DNA of 64,000 nt, taken from the NCBI RefSeq assembly GCF_031769215.1, contig NW_026782147.1, positions 124,001-188,000 on the forward strand, given 5' to 3'. The stretch is from Ylistrum balloti. Lineage: Eukaryota. The notes under the pieces are model-generated. The model did not search any database, was not told where the DNA came from, and saw only the letters and a program-made list of their open reading frames with translations. Positions 11,961 to 25,875 of the stretch are shown piece after piece; the stretch's first letter is position 1; every line of letters starts with the position of its first letter. Made by a program: the position numbers and the translations under genes.

Positions 11961-14900
11961 AAATGGATCTTATTGTAAAATAAAGTTTAAGAGAAAAGTT
12001 GTGTTTGAGGTTTTTCTTTGAAAGACACTCATGTGTGTAAATATTAATACTTTGATTTTCGAGTTACATTTTGTGAATTCACCATATTTGTTCTGTAGAA
12101 AGTTGAAATAAGTGATAATAAGCGATGTACATTTAGGTTATTGCCCTAAAAGCTATAAATAATTCTAATATTCATCAATTAAGTCTTTCTTCTTTAACTT
12201 TGCATTTTTTCTTGAACCAAATCTTTGGAAATCTATGTAGTGTTGGTGAATAAATGATTGATATCCAACTTTTAAACACTGAACGTTAGACATCTATTTG
12301 AAATGTCTTACAAACTGATATAAGATATTGATATTATTCTGGTTATAGGTATTCACATAACGTCCTTCGAAATGTTTTATGAAAAACTAACAACACACCA
12401 CGTACATTTAACTAAATACATATTAAGAAATGTTGATAAAGTTCAGCATTCTATTGAAAGACTCTAACTGTACATAAAAGGCCTTCAGAAACTGGGAACA
12501 CTTTTTTCATATTTTTTTTTTTTTTTTTTTGACAAAATAATTTTTAAAATGACTTAACCAGCTAATATATTTGTCGATTTGCTGTCTTTCCGTATCCGTG
12601 ATTAAATATTGATTTTTGCTTGATGTTGACTTAACATAGACCGCTCTGTTGTTTTCCTTGTAACTTACATATTTTGTATAATCAAGTTATGAAATTATAT
12701 GTTAATTTTCATTCAATCCGAAACACCTGGTTTTCTTGTACTCTTTCAAGAATTTTAAATCTTTCTTTTGTTTTTATTTTGTCAAAGTTTTATTGAAGAT
12801 GAGTAAAGATTATCATTTTGTTTTAAATGGTTGAATTTTGTATTTTGAATGTTTTACAACAGTTTTTAAATCATTCATATCCGTAACTTATAATCACACA
12901 ATTTTGTGATATCACTTTTAAAGTTTATATTTTGTCTATTTTGTCCGCTTGAAATTTTAATACCGATTCTGTTGATAGATCGCATGAATTTTTCTGATAT
13001 CATTATTTATGTAAGTGCACTTTATCAACTACATCAACTGACGGCAGTAATATTAAACAAACTCTCTCAATGTCTGTCTTGTCATCATATTAACACGTTC
13101 AGACGTACCACAGTAGACTTAGGAAGGCACGTGTATACTAACATTAATAATAAGTAAGTATTACAAACTCTACAGCATTAAGAAGACATTGATAAAGTAA
13201 TAACTTGATATGAATACTATTCTTCTGGTAACGTTTTGTTAGTAGTAATTCTTACAATGTAAGATTTCTAACTCTTCATTCTGTTCCACGTGTGCCTTAA
13301 TTGCATCTTCATAGGTGGTAACTAGTGAAAACGTATAGGAAATTATATACGAGATAAAAGACGAACAGTAAGTACATGAACAAAATACGAATTATGAAAT
13401 GTTTATCAAACAATGCCATTCATTTATCACATCATAATGTCATCACAAGCATTGCTTTGACAATTTGGGTGTTGGCAACAAAACGCAAGCATTAAATTGT
13501 AAGTAGAAAAGTTAATGACATCCACATACTTAGTAAACGTACACGATAAAAGAGTTACCTGTGATGCATAATCATTGATGTTTGGAAATTGCATTAAGGA
13601 AATCAGACAAAGGGCGACGTTTGTGAGGTTTACAAACAACATGATGTATCTTGAGTCCTGTAGTAAATTAAGTTGTTACCTTCATTGTGATCATTCAAAT
13701 ATTTCCAGAATGCATGTTTCCGAGCAAAATGCATTGTTATACCAATTTAACAATTGTTATTGATTAACAGTAAAACTGGTAACATACGACTCAGCTATTG
13801 GTTTGTCTCAGTAAACCATAAAATTATATGTAAATATGAATAATATACTTTTAAATATATCTTGTTTTTATATTGCGCGAATATTTTGTCTTTCATCTCG
13901 TCGTTCTTAGTATCAGTATAATATAAGCCGTTTTGTTTTTGTTACCAATTAAATGTTCAATGAGTTAATCTATTCTAATATTATTTAAGTAGGAATGATT
14001 CTACTCATTTTAAAACATTTTATTTACTTTACTAAGAAATTTGGCGCAAATTTATTTAAGTTATATTATTTAAGAAGGCTTAAAGTCTTATTTCAAGCCT
14101 TTCATGAATTTTATTGTAAACACTTCAGCAGGTAAATTTGCCGATAAACTCAGAATCCAAACTGGTAAAATTGATCTAAGGAGCACCGATTTAAATACTT
14201 GCTCTCGCTCTATCTTTCAGTGTTTTATTGATGATCTGAATAAGTGTTTTAAATAAAAATTTACACGAAGATTTTCCAAGTTTGAATTCAATGTATCTAT
14301 GACTTGTAATACAATGGTATTAAAATGGTGTTAGAGTACATTTCTAAAACAGATAATATTTATCTAATAGATGAAATAGCAAGGATGGAATATAACAAAA
14401 AGTAAAAAAATGTATTTACTCGGTTATATATCAAGTTTTGTTTAATCAAAATAATTTTACAATATGTATAAAAAAGAGAATATGTATTAACAGCAGAAAG
14501 GTGAAAATAAATCAATTAATGTTGAAACCCAATACAATATAGAAGAAAATTATGTCATAAGCTAAATAAGCTTATCAATTCGATATTCGAACTGTAATGT
14601 AATTTTTATAGTTTAATTTGCATTTTCTATTCAATTTCTATGATAAAAATATTATCATTTGATCAAAAATGAATCTTTCATTTATGTTTCAAAATTCCAA
14701 AGTGATGGTAAGAAATATCAAAACCAGATGGGTGGTACACTTACCCAATAATTCAATAAATTTCGTAATTTTCAAATATCTGGTTGTTTTAGAACAACAT
14801 TAAGTATATATGTATATCCTGAACCGTGCCACTATTCGAATGATTAAAATAATGCGATTTTGATACAAAACCATTCGAGACATGTATCACTTATTAATAC

Positions 14901-15379
14901 AATGTTATCTTATTGTATTATTCTGTTTGGAAGAGTAATTGCGATATTTGTGGGATCTTTTATCATTTCCGTAAAGATGCAATTTTTGTTATTTTTTGGT
15001 CGTATGAATTCTCTGTTTGCGAGTTAATACAATTTGATAAATCGTATTGGCAAACATTTTATTTCCTTTATATATTGGGTTATATTTTACTTCCAACGAT
15101 AGATGTTTTTTAAACTATCTTACTATTAAAGTTACATTTGTTTTTAAATGAAATCTTTTGTAATGATTACGATTTTTAAGTAAATGCAATATTTATTAAG
15201 AAAGATAAGCAGACTAATGGGGAACGCTTCAAACAGAAATTGGAACAAATGGTACAAGAGTCAATCTTCGTTATCTCGACAGTGGCTATTACAAGCTGTC
15301 TTGTTTTTCTTAAACTACAATTGTCACAGGTATAATAAAAGAGTCAATCTTCGTTATCTCGACTGAGACTCACATAGAT

Positions 15380-15500
15380 ACTACTAGTCAGTTTTGTGGC
15401 TATCTCGATTGAGATTGATTAATTGACGGACATGGGCGACAGAGCAGATGACGCTCATCCTTCTGGAACACAAATCCATATTTTAGTGCATCCGGGTAAT
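15380..15500 (+). mobile_element. PLE 3'-end remnant
   Basis: gacgctcatccttctggaacac resembles the gacgcttactcttccggaacacctgg UTR motif seen in the other copies. Confidence 0.4.
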
Positions 15501-17569
15501 TATTTTATTCTATCTTGACCGCGGTTCATCAAACTTTTGCATCTGAGTGAAAATTTTGTTAAAGTGTCGATATTCTTTTTTAATAGTTTCTCCGTTCATC
15601 GTCTATTTCATCGTCGATTTCATCGAGTATTGTCTTCTGTCAGTGACCTCATTACTATCCTCTGAAATAACTTTATCATTCTTTCGTCTATTGTATAGTT
15701 TCCCAAGTTTCGTTACTATTATAAACCTAGACATTTCGTCATTTCCATCGAAAGCAGTTTCATCGTCTTATGCAGAATCGACGTCGTCATTTTTTCATTT
15801 ATCCTGGTATATTTCAAGTCTATTCCGCAGTCAATTTCATAATCGTTTACATAATTGTATAAAACCTCTCAAATGAAGGCAGGGTCATTCTTTTATACTT
15901 AATCAAATGAATATTTCGCGCTCAAGGTGCAAAACTAACATGATTAAGCCGGTTGTAAAGGTGTTCATTCTATCAAATTATATACTGTATGATTAATTGT
16001 CTTTGAAATATATCAGGCAAAAATTAATGGTTATTCAGGGTATTTTTATAAACATATTCATGAAATACAAGTTATGTTAAGAAGTGCTGGTATTATTGTT
16101 TTCTTTTATGTATAATTTGTTGCAGATTTTCTGCTAGACTAACTTTCAATTTCTGACTTTAATAATGTATATTAAATGATGATACAATTACTTACATATA
16201 GTTTGTAAACAATTTTTGTTTGAATACTTTAATAAAAATTGCGTGACGCTGTGATATAAATCGAACACGACCAAAACACGTTTTGTACTTTTACATTACC
16301 AGGAATCTTATCTGTTTTATCCCACAAATTAATCATTTGTAAATGAAATACGGAGTAAAATAATGAATTTTATTCAACATAATTAGAACAAATTGAACTA
16401 TTTTGAAAATTTGTTAATCCGAAAATAAAAACAATTTTACATCTAATATTCTTTAACTCCAAATAACACGATCAGTTTCTTAGAAGAACGTAAAATATGT
16501 CTAAAGTTGTTCAGAATCACTACAAATGAAAAGTTAAAAGAGAAACGTAACATAACGGGTCTTTGATACTTCTACACAAAGCCAACTAATGCTGAGGTTT
16601 CCTTAATTATGGTAAATAGATACATGTGTAGCCTATCAGTACTTACGTATGAACAATGCTTGAATCGAGTCTGTTATTATACCAGCGCATTAAAATAGAA
16701 AGAACTATTTAATCTGTTTAACGAAAACCGGTAAGAAGCAAGGAATTGACTACAAAGCAAAACGGCAACAAGTACTAATGTAATTTTGACGACGGAGAAA
16801 GTTATGATATGATGTAATACTACAAAGAAACGAAAACGGAAGAAAATTAGTACACATTTACAATGAACACGTACATTATGAACAAATAATCCTATTTGTT
16901 ATGTTTAGTTAAACATTACATGATACAACGTCTGTGATCTAGCTGACGAAAGATTGGGCTCTGCATTAAACCCATGTTATTCATTAAGTGTGCCTTATCA
17001 AAGACTTCACTCTTGGAGTTGACTTATTTAATGCATTCAAATCGATGTTAAACACATATATAGCGAGTGTGATGTATGCAAGTTTGAGTTCAACTATCTC
17101 ATTCTGTGAAATAAAGTATGATTTCATGATAGAATTTCATTATACTGAAGGATTATATGTAAATGCACTTTATCTTAGTCTTAAAATTACGTATACCACA
17201 CTGCATCATGTTATCTGGATAAAACGAATTTAGGCTGAATAATTCTATTTTATCTGTTTTGACATCTTAGCAGACACTCATAGAAAATGTTTATCCTTTG
17301 CATATCTTAGATCCATGTGCGCCTCGGAAATATCCGAATTAAGGATAGCATGAATTTCAACGGTTCTGATATGTCGAACATTTTCTTAGGGTGTAGAGCA
17401 GTTAGTTTTAGGATAAAGATATTAGTAACTTTATCTTAGTTTTAGGGTTTTCATTCGTTCTAAAATGAACGGGTTTTAGTTTTAGGGTAAATATACTACT
17501 AAAGGTTTTTTTAAGGTTTACATACCACTGAAAAGGGTTTAGCTTCAGGATAAAAATACTTCTTTACTT

Positions 17570-17940
17570 TCAGGGATAAGATAAGGTTTACTTTTTAGGG
17601 GCAAAAAACTTCTGAATAAGGTTTACTTTTAGAGATAAGATAATTCTGAATAAGGTTTACTTTTTAGGGGTAAGATACTTCTGAATAAGGTTTACTTTTA
17701 GGGGTAAGATACTTCTGAATAAGGTTTACTTTTAGGGGTAAGATATTTGTGAATAAAGTTAACTTTTAGGGGTAAGATATTTCTGAATAAGGTTTGTTTT
17801 TAGGGGTAAGATATTTCTGAATAAGGTTTAATTTTAGGGGTAAGATATTTCTGAATAAGGTTTAATTTGTAGGGTTAGATATTTCTGAATAAGATCTTTA
17901 TTTCTAGGGTTAGGGTTAGGGTTAGATATTTCTGAATATA
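17570..17940. repeat. 34-bp minisatellite, about 10 copies, ending in TTAGGG-like repeats
   Basis: Unit ataaggtttacttttaggggtaagatacttctga. tagggttagggttagggttag at about 17905-17925. Degenerate units extend left to about 17400. Confidence 0.9.
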
Positions 17941-20236
17941 TTTGTTTTATTTTCGTGTAAACAGAACTCCTGACCGGATCATTAGTAACATATAGTAACA
18001 ACATAGGTTTCAATCTTGAATAAACGAAAAGTTTTTATTCAGTAAAGAGAGTGGTTTTAGGGTACAAGATTTATCAAACTGGCTATAACTCTAGGAACTA
18101 TACATTTTAAAAAGTATTTTAGCACAATGCTGGTTTGAATTTCTCGTCATTTATTTATTTACATGTATTTGTTCTTTATTTGTTTATCAAATTAGCTGGA
18201 AAGGAAGGCCAGAATTGGCTGAAGAAATCCATACAAAAAAGTACATTTGTATTATCAGTTCTTGACTTGAGAACTGCTTTGATTTAGCTGGATATATTGC
18301 CGAAGTTACTTAATTATTGTAATAACGTTGTATTGTTATGTTGCTGTATATCTGAAATAATTGGATTATTTGATTCTTGTTTCTCAACAAGTTAGCAATA
18401 TTTTTGGATAAACTGTCTTCTCACATTAAGTTATTTCAGCCTTGCTATCAGTAATATGTCTTTGTTCTTTCCGTAAAGTACAGTGTATTTTTTGTTTTTG
18501 TTTTTCTTTTTTTAAATAGACAAGATTGTTGGTCTGGCTTCAAAGTATCTATTCACGATTACTTTCAATAAGAAAATCTAATGGTAGGTAAGGATGAAAG
18601 TTTTCTATGCTGAATATCTGCAATCCCATACACTTAATGGCCAAGGAAAGTGCTTTGTTTCTATAGATATTTTTTTTTTCAAAACAAAATAATGTTAAAA
18701 GAATTTTAATAATTCTACAGGGCTTATCTCTGTACACGCAAATTATTATTTATAAGTGTATAATTTAAAAAAAATCAATGCGACACAACCAGTAGAAAAG
18801 GAATTTACAAATAAATAACCTGTTAAATGAATGTTATATTATATCATGAACTAAATTTTTTAGACATAAATGTGTGATAATACTATTGTGACGTCATAAA
18901 TACGCAACGTCTTGATGACGTCACATGATTGTCTCAGTTTTGAAAAACGTACCGTCCGCATAGGAAACAACTCGGTCTTATAGTGAATATTTATTTGCTA
19001 GTTTTCACTTGTTTTTTTTCAGAAATGCGGATTGTATTGTGAAAAGAATCTTACACTCGTGCCGATGTGATATATACTTACTTAAATTAATTAACATTTG
19101 ATATGTCACTCTTCCAAAGACACTTTGTCTTTTCGCCATAAAATCAAATCAACCAATGAATTTGGATAATTAACAAATGATAATAAAATTTCAGCCAAAT
19201 AATCAATTCTATTCCATTATCATTCTGAAAAAGATGTACAAACATATTTGGCCCCTTCATCTTGATTCAATAACGCCCCCTCTTCGACGTATTAAAAAGG
19301 GACCTTTAATTGCCCGGTATGAAGCAAAGCGTAGCCAAATAGGCCTCAGTGATTTGTTTCGAATATATTTAGCACAATGAAGTTTGATCGTGTTGAAGTA
19401 TACAGAAACAACATAGTGTTAAAAACGATTTATTGGAGGGTAGTTTTGTTATAGCTTTTTTATACTGTATAGTTTGTTAATTTCGTGGTCGTCTATTTTG
19501 GCTATTTCAAGGGTTATTAAATTTCCCGTATGTCTATACATTGTGATAAATGCAGACAAGCATGTAACATATTTTCCTTTATTTCAGTTGATGTATTTAA
19601 TTTTGCGGTATCTTTGATAGCCGTAACAATAGCGAAATTAGATTCCCCGCGAATATTACCAACTAAACATTATTGTCAACTAAAACTCTTAATTGTTGAT
19701 GTTTGTTTAACACAATCCAAATCAGCTTTTTTTTCAAAACAGTGGAAAAAATACTCCTTGAGTGTGTGTTAATATACTGAACACGTACAAAAATGTGTAA
19801 ATACCACACAACTGAATGGCATTTTCAATACCAAATTTAGACACAAGTTGGCCAAATAATTAATTGAACTGCACAATACAGTTGTTTAATTCATGCAGGT
19901 TTTTCCAAAACGATCCATATCCACCCACTGCGTTATCTGTTCGGTTCACGCCATATCTACCATATCCTGGCTCACGCCATATCTGTCATACCCACCCACT
20001 GCGTTATATACACATCCGGTTCATGGCAGATCTGTCCTGACAAATATGGGTTTCAGGATGGTTAGACAAAATTACATACTTATATTATTTAGTGACAAAA
20101 GAGAAAACTATAAAAGGAACTCGAATTTATCCTTTATCTACAGAATAATGAATTAGTGTACCTCTCCGTCTAAATTTTGTCATGTTTTTCGATCACTTTG
20201 GGCCTACCTCTGTAAACTCCAAGGCTTTTTCGTCTA

Positions 20237-20281
20237 TCATCACAAATGAGTCCTGGAAAAACGAAACAGCTGTATGATTCA
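20237..20281 (+). ncRNA. Hammerhead motif, degenerate (HHR-d)
   Basis: TCATCA CAAATGA GTCC TGGAA AAAC GAAA CAGCTG TA TGATTC. Core and stem II are mutated. Family flanks span about 20150-20360. Confidence 0.6.
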
Positions 20282-22882
20282 GTTTAATTCATTGTTTGTC
20301 TCTACTGTATTTCATTAAATTCCTATTGGATGATGTTATTCGCGTCTTTTGCACAATCTATTATTATGACAAAAACGGTTGCATATTTTGGTCAGAAAAC
20401 GAGTATTTTTGTTATTCATTTCATAGTATATTTTTCTCTTCTTTTTTTTTCAAGCGGAGCATTTTACTGATTTTCATAACACTGTTTCTGCTAATGTTAT
20501 TTTTGCTACTGGTGGAAACATTTTCCGGTTTCATAATACTACCATTTTGGTACTTTTTCCCTAATTTAATGCTATATTTTTCAGTTTGTTTCATAATTCT
20601 GATAATGTTGGTACGTCTGTCCACTTCATATATATATAAAAATGATTTTTGACAAAAGAAGAAAGAAAAATCATTTTTATTTATAATTTACTCGCATCTC
20701 GTCAAATCAAGTTTTTTTTCTCTCTCTCTCTCTCTATATATATATATACAATTGGAGTTAGTATGTTCTATTTTTTTACTATTGTTGTTCCGATTCGTTT
20801 TTATTTAAAAAATCTGATTCTGATATTGGTGGCGAGCATTTTGTTTCCTTTTCAATCTTATTTCTATATTTTATTTTTATTTTTTCATTTCAACATTTTT
20901 TTTTTATTTTTGCCTTTTATTTTCTATATTTATTTTCCCCCTTTCTATAACATTTATATTAACAGTACGAGTGGTTGTTTTTATGATTCTACGATTCCTG
21001 TTACGATATTCCGTTTATCTACGGTTGGTTATATAACATGAGTTGCGATTCTATCTTGCCACGATTTTCTAGTTTTTGATGGTTCTGTTGTGGAGGCCTA
21101 TGATTTTGTTTCGAAGGTCATGTTGTTATTTTTGGTTTTTGATAATTTTGTTTTGGAGATCACGATTTTCGATTTTTTTTATCCTATTCTTGGTGCTAAA
21201 ATGATTTGTATAATTCCAATAATGCTGGCACGATTTTCCTTTCTTCGAAAATTATTTGTTATCAGTAAAAATGTAATTTATTAGTGAGGGATGCGTTCAT
21301 CTTTTTCTTATATCCCAATGTGTGTTCTCGGCTTTGATAAAGTAATTAGCGTTCTTTACGATGACATCGATATCAGACATTTTAGAAGAGGTAATGAGCA
21401 CTTTAGAGTGAGCTAATGGGGATTACAATTACCCGTGGTGCTATAAATTATTCTATTTTAGCTACTTTCTTATGTTTGCTTCTCATCCACGTACTTGAAG
21501 GCCAGTTGTAGGTAAATCGTTCTACTTTAGTGCCTTGTAGGTAAAGTGGGTTGATAGGATCGGTCACCAGCAGGGCTACTCCCTCCCTTAATACAAGGAT
21601 TCACTGAAATACATATCCTGCCGTTTCTATGTCATTATCAAAAAGAAAAGTGCATCCTGTGCTGGTTCTTATATGTCTCTCTTTTCTCCTCTATAAACAT
21701 ACACTTCATCTTGTGATCATCATCAACTGCCACCACGAGTAAAAAATATAGAGCTCTGCGCGACTGCGTATTCTTTTGAATTGCTATCACATTAGCAATA
21801 TGGTGTTATCCGCCCCTTTAATGCAGTTTATCAGATAAAGCTGAAGCTACATATATCTATTCTAATAATGTAGGTAAGATGATATTTATTTGATCATACT
21901 TATTTATATGGATCAAGGGAAGTCCAGGTCGGAAAGTATCAGATTTTGCGATGAGGACAAAACCGCTTATAGATAGAGGAGTGATGTTAGACAAGAAATC
22001 AGAATACAACTGTAGGTGAATTTTCGACTTTAAATTCTCATCATGAATACATTAAAAATGAATCAGTTATTGAAAAAAAATATCGTAATTAGAAAAAAAA
22101 ATAATATGAGAGCATACGTGTAAAACAGATTATGCAATGTCGTGAATTTATAGATATTAAGAATTATATAACATTAAAATGTCAAAAAGTACAAATTGAC
22201 AAACACTGCTGCAAATGGGCTTATCTATGTTGATATTATCATAGATTTATATCAAAGTATATTGATTTGGTTTGTGTTTAAAACATTTTATGTCTGAGTA
22301 TCAGAAACAGCTGTTTCTGTTTCAACGATAATTGGGTCATTTAAGGGATTGTTTTTATGTAAGACCACATCGAACTCTATCTGAGACTTCACATCACTTC
22401 CGGATCAAATGGACTGAATAAATTAGTCTGGGATGTCTATGGAGAAAATACCCATAATAATGGTAGAAAACTTATAAATGAAATATCATGGCTTCTAACT
22501 GTATGTGGACTAAAAATGGTTACCTCCCTTTTTAACCATAATACCCTATTAACCTTGTAATATAAAAAGTGTACGTTATCTACTCTTGGTACTTAACTTC
22601 TTCGACCAGTAAATTGCTGCAGTTTTGGGTTTTACATCTTTTTTATGTTTGCTTTCATTTTTGTTTCTTTTTTTTTTCCTTTTTTTTTTTTGTTGTTGTT
22701 TTGTGTATGTGTGTTTTCAGATTGTATATATATAATTTTATTGAAAATATCAGATATATATGAATAATGAAACTTATCAAATTATGGGGCGAGTGCATCT
22801 CTCTATCTCAATTTTGACGTTTCTTCCTATCAAATTTTGGTTTCCATCAGTCGTCTCATAGGTTTCAAATTTTAGGCCCTTA

Positions 22883-22926
22883 GCATCACTAACGAGTCCT
22901 AAAGGGACGAAACAGCTATATGATGC
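22883..22926 (+). ncRNA. Hammerhead motif (HHR-e) with G5A core change
   Basis: GCATCA CTAACGA GTCC TAAAG GGAC GAAA CAGCTA TA TGATGC. Stems I and II pair perfectly. Confidence 0.75.
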
Positions 22927-24160
22927 AGCTGAATTCATTATATTCCTCTGTGGTATCTTATACAAATTTATATTGAGAGGTGTTATTCACTTGTGTGTCT
23001 TTTGTGCAAACTATATACATCATATACGTCATCATTTTAGTATTCCTACTTAGAGTAAATTATATTGTTTCAAAGCTTGGTAAACAACTTTTTGTCGCAG
23101 ATATGTCTCTTTCTTACATATTGTTTTCGTGGTCAAAGCTATAATATAGAACACACCATTCACATAAATAAACATATATATCTGTGCATGCATTTCTTCA
23201 ATAAAAATTCTGATCTTTCCATTAGTTAATGTATTTACTGTGTAATTAAGATCTTATAATTAACTGATTAAACTAAATAGATTGTTACATAACTTTCTAT
23301 AATATAATCACGTCAGAAAGATGACTTTGTCTGATATCAATTTAGAAAATCGGTCTACATGTAGTACTGATAAATGAATGTGATACCCAAAACATCCAAA
23401 ACAAAACAATTCGTAAACAAAATTTAAAGTAAGACAAAAAACAATCAGAATAATCGATCAAGTTTACGTATTTGTACTTTACAAATTACATGTAACTCTT
23501 TCTTAACATCAATATTTTAGGGTACAGAGTACTAAGACACAATATTCCTAAATATTCTGACGATCGTCCGTGAACAATTAATAAAATTGGTTTTGTTTAA
23601 AATGATTTTCATTTGTTGTTGTTGTTGTTGTTGTTGTTAACTGTTTCTATTCCGAATGGTAATTTTATTGACGCTTTGTTTACCATGTCAAGGTACCAAG
23701 TCAAGATTTAAGACATTTTCATCCATTAAAACAGCATCTAAATTAGTAGTGACCAGATGGTACCGTTCTCAAATGTCATTTTCATATCTTAATATTTAAT
23801 AACAAAACGCTTTGATATTTAAATATAACAATAATATATTTTGATGTTTACAACAAATTACTGTATCTGGTCTACTGGTATTACAAACTTAGTTCCATTC
23901 TTCAAACTAAAAAATTACAACATTTAAAACACCATGCTTATGGCATTGCTTACTCTTAAATTACGTTTAAGCTTAATTTGAAAAAAAAATACATATCAAC
24001 AAAATTTTTATTTACACTTTACATTGATGAAATCATCCTTATGTAAAAAATGAGTAAGAGATCACGTGTTCTGGAAGGGAAAGCGTCCTAGCGTTTTCAC
24101 AAGATTGTACAAAAGACACACATTTAGAGTTAGAAATAGTAGATCATGATAAATTACACT

Positions 24161-24204
24161 GCATCATATAGTTGTTTCGTCCTTCTAGAACTCGTCAGTG
24201 ATGC
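24161..24204 (-). ncRNA. Hammerhead motif (HHR-f) with intact core
   Basis: Minus strand GCATCA CTGACGA GTTC TAGAA GGAC GAAA CAACTA TA TGATGC. The stem III palindrome is damaged. Confidence 0.8.
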
Positions 24205-25514
24205 TTAGGGCCTAAATGTTAAACCTAGACGGCAACCAAGAAAATTCCAAAGGAAATGTCTAAATCAAGATATAAAATCGTGTGCCTACATCGACGACAC
24301 TCCGTCATATAAGCATTGGTTCAATCGACTTCAAGCAACATTAGAGTTAATATTCATTATGCGATTTGTAGTCATGTAATCTTCTGTGTGTAAAAAGTTT
24401 TGACATATTTACCGCGCATGCGAACATTTTTTTCCCGGCTCCATTGCTGTTGTTATATTATAATTACATCTGCATCTTAAAAGCGAGGAAACGTTAGAGA
24501 GGAGCACTTCTAACCAGTTGCAGAGTGTCTGTGCCGGTAGTGTAATTCGGTTTAATGTCATATAGATGTTTTTTTCCTGTGATTGCACAAAAGGTGAATC
24601 AGAAGCGTCAAAATGACATGGTTCCTTTTGTATTCAAAGCCAAATGAATATGATTTTGGTGTATTTAAGGAGCTTGTATCGATGATGTTAATTCTCTTTG
24701 GTGATGAAGTCTGCCTTTATTCATGTAATGCCAGATGGAGACACTATTTCGTCATAATCAAATTAGTCTGATAATAAATTGTTAATTTGATTATAACTTC
24801 TAACGAGTCTAAGAAGATTCTCTAGATGTCTTAATCAAAATAATTTTCGTGATATTATCAAAACATTTTTTCTAATATAACTATGACCGGGAGGAGCAAA
24901 CTTTAATTTCTACGGTCATGTCGAAAGTCGGTTTAATTCAATCAGTTTAATATATAGATCTGACAAACACATCTGTCGTATTCAATGACTTCACATGGAA
25001 TCCTACTGGGTATCACCGCTGTGAGCAAATGTATCTCATCAACGCAAAAACAAGAATCATCTTTAATTAGCATAAGCGGCGGAATGCCAATAAATCTCAG
25101 AGATACAGATATAATGAATGGTGTTGAAAAGAACACTGTTCAGCGTGATCTATCAACACATTTTGTGTAGAAATTCTTTACGTTGATGCCCGTTTTTTAT
25201 CAGAAGTAATAACCGACCATAATGTAATGTCAAAGTATATACGGGGAATTTGTAGGTACTACATAATATTGAACCCTCTAAATCAGTATAGATACCCGTA
25301 GTATCAGAGAGACACACATAATTTAAATAGAGGAGATATATTTATGAATCATTGATTTCTTTAACTAGATATTTGCTCGCTTAAAGTAATATTGCACACA
25401 TATTTGCTTCAAATTTACCATATTTGTAGTTTTCAACATCTACCAAATATGAATTGAGTTAGATAAGGAGTGTTATATTAAATTTTTGTATAAACTATGT
25501 ACATCAAAGATATC

Positions 25515-25875
25515 GTAACTCTGTTACTGGCAATGTCGTGACATCAAGCAGTGTCGTAAATCTGTCATTGACAATATCCTGACAACAAAAGATTCGTAAC
25601 AATGTTTCTGGTAATGTCATGACATCAAGCAGTGTCGTAAATCTGTCATTGACAATATCCTGATAACAAAAGATTCCGTAACTCTGTTTCTGGTAATGTC
25701 ATGACATCAAGCAGTGTCGTCAATCTGTCATTGATAATATCCTGACATCAAACGATTATGCATCTCCGTTACTTGCAATATCATGTCATCAAACGGTTCC
25801 ATGTATCTACCATTGACAATGTCTTGACTTCAAAACGTTTCGTATCGCTGTTATTGGCAAAGTCATGACGTTAAA
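25515..25875. repeat. 81-82 bp tandem repeat, about 4.4 copies, each unit a dimer of about 41-bp halves
   Basis: Units start at about 25515, 25596, 25678, 25760 and 25842 (gtaactctgtt...tgacatcaagcagtgtcgtaaatctgtcattgacaatatcctgac). Confidence 0.85.

Noticed and set aside
15547-15876. 109-aa Ser-rich ORF and an acidic frame on the opposite strand
   Set aside because: Low complexity, stops in the acidic frame, no recognisable domain.
16988-17380. IKDSMNF string reminiscent of a Polinton PolB motif
   Set aside because: The frame has many stops and one short motif is not enough support.
20296-21284. Hydrophobic ORFs resembling membrane proteins
   Set aside because: T-rich low-complexity and microsatellite DNA.
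22293-22320. ctgagtatcagaaacagctgtttc hammerhead-like string
   Set aside because: No CUGANGA core, no stem II and no family flanks.
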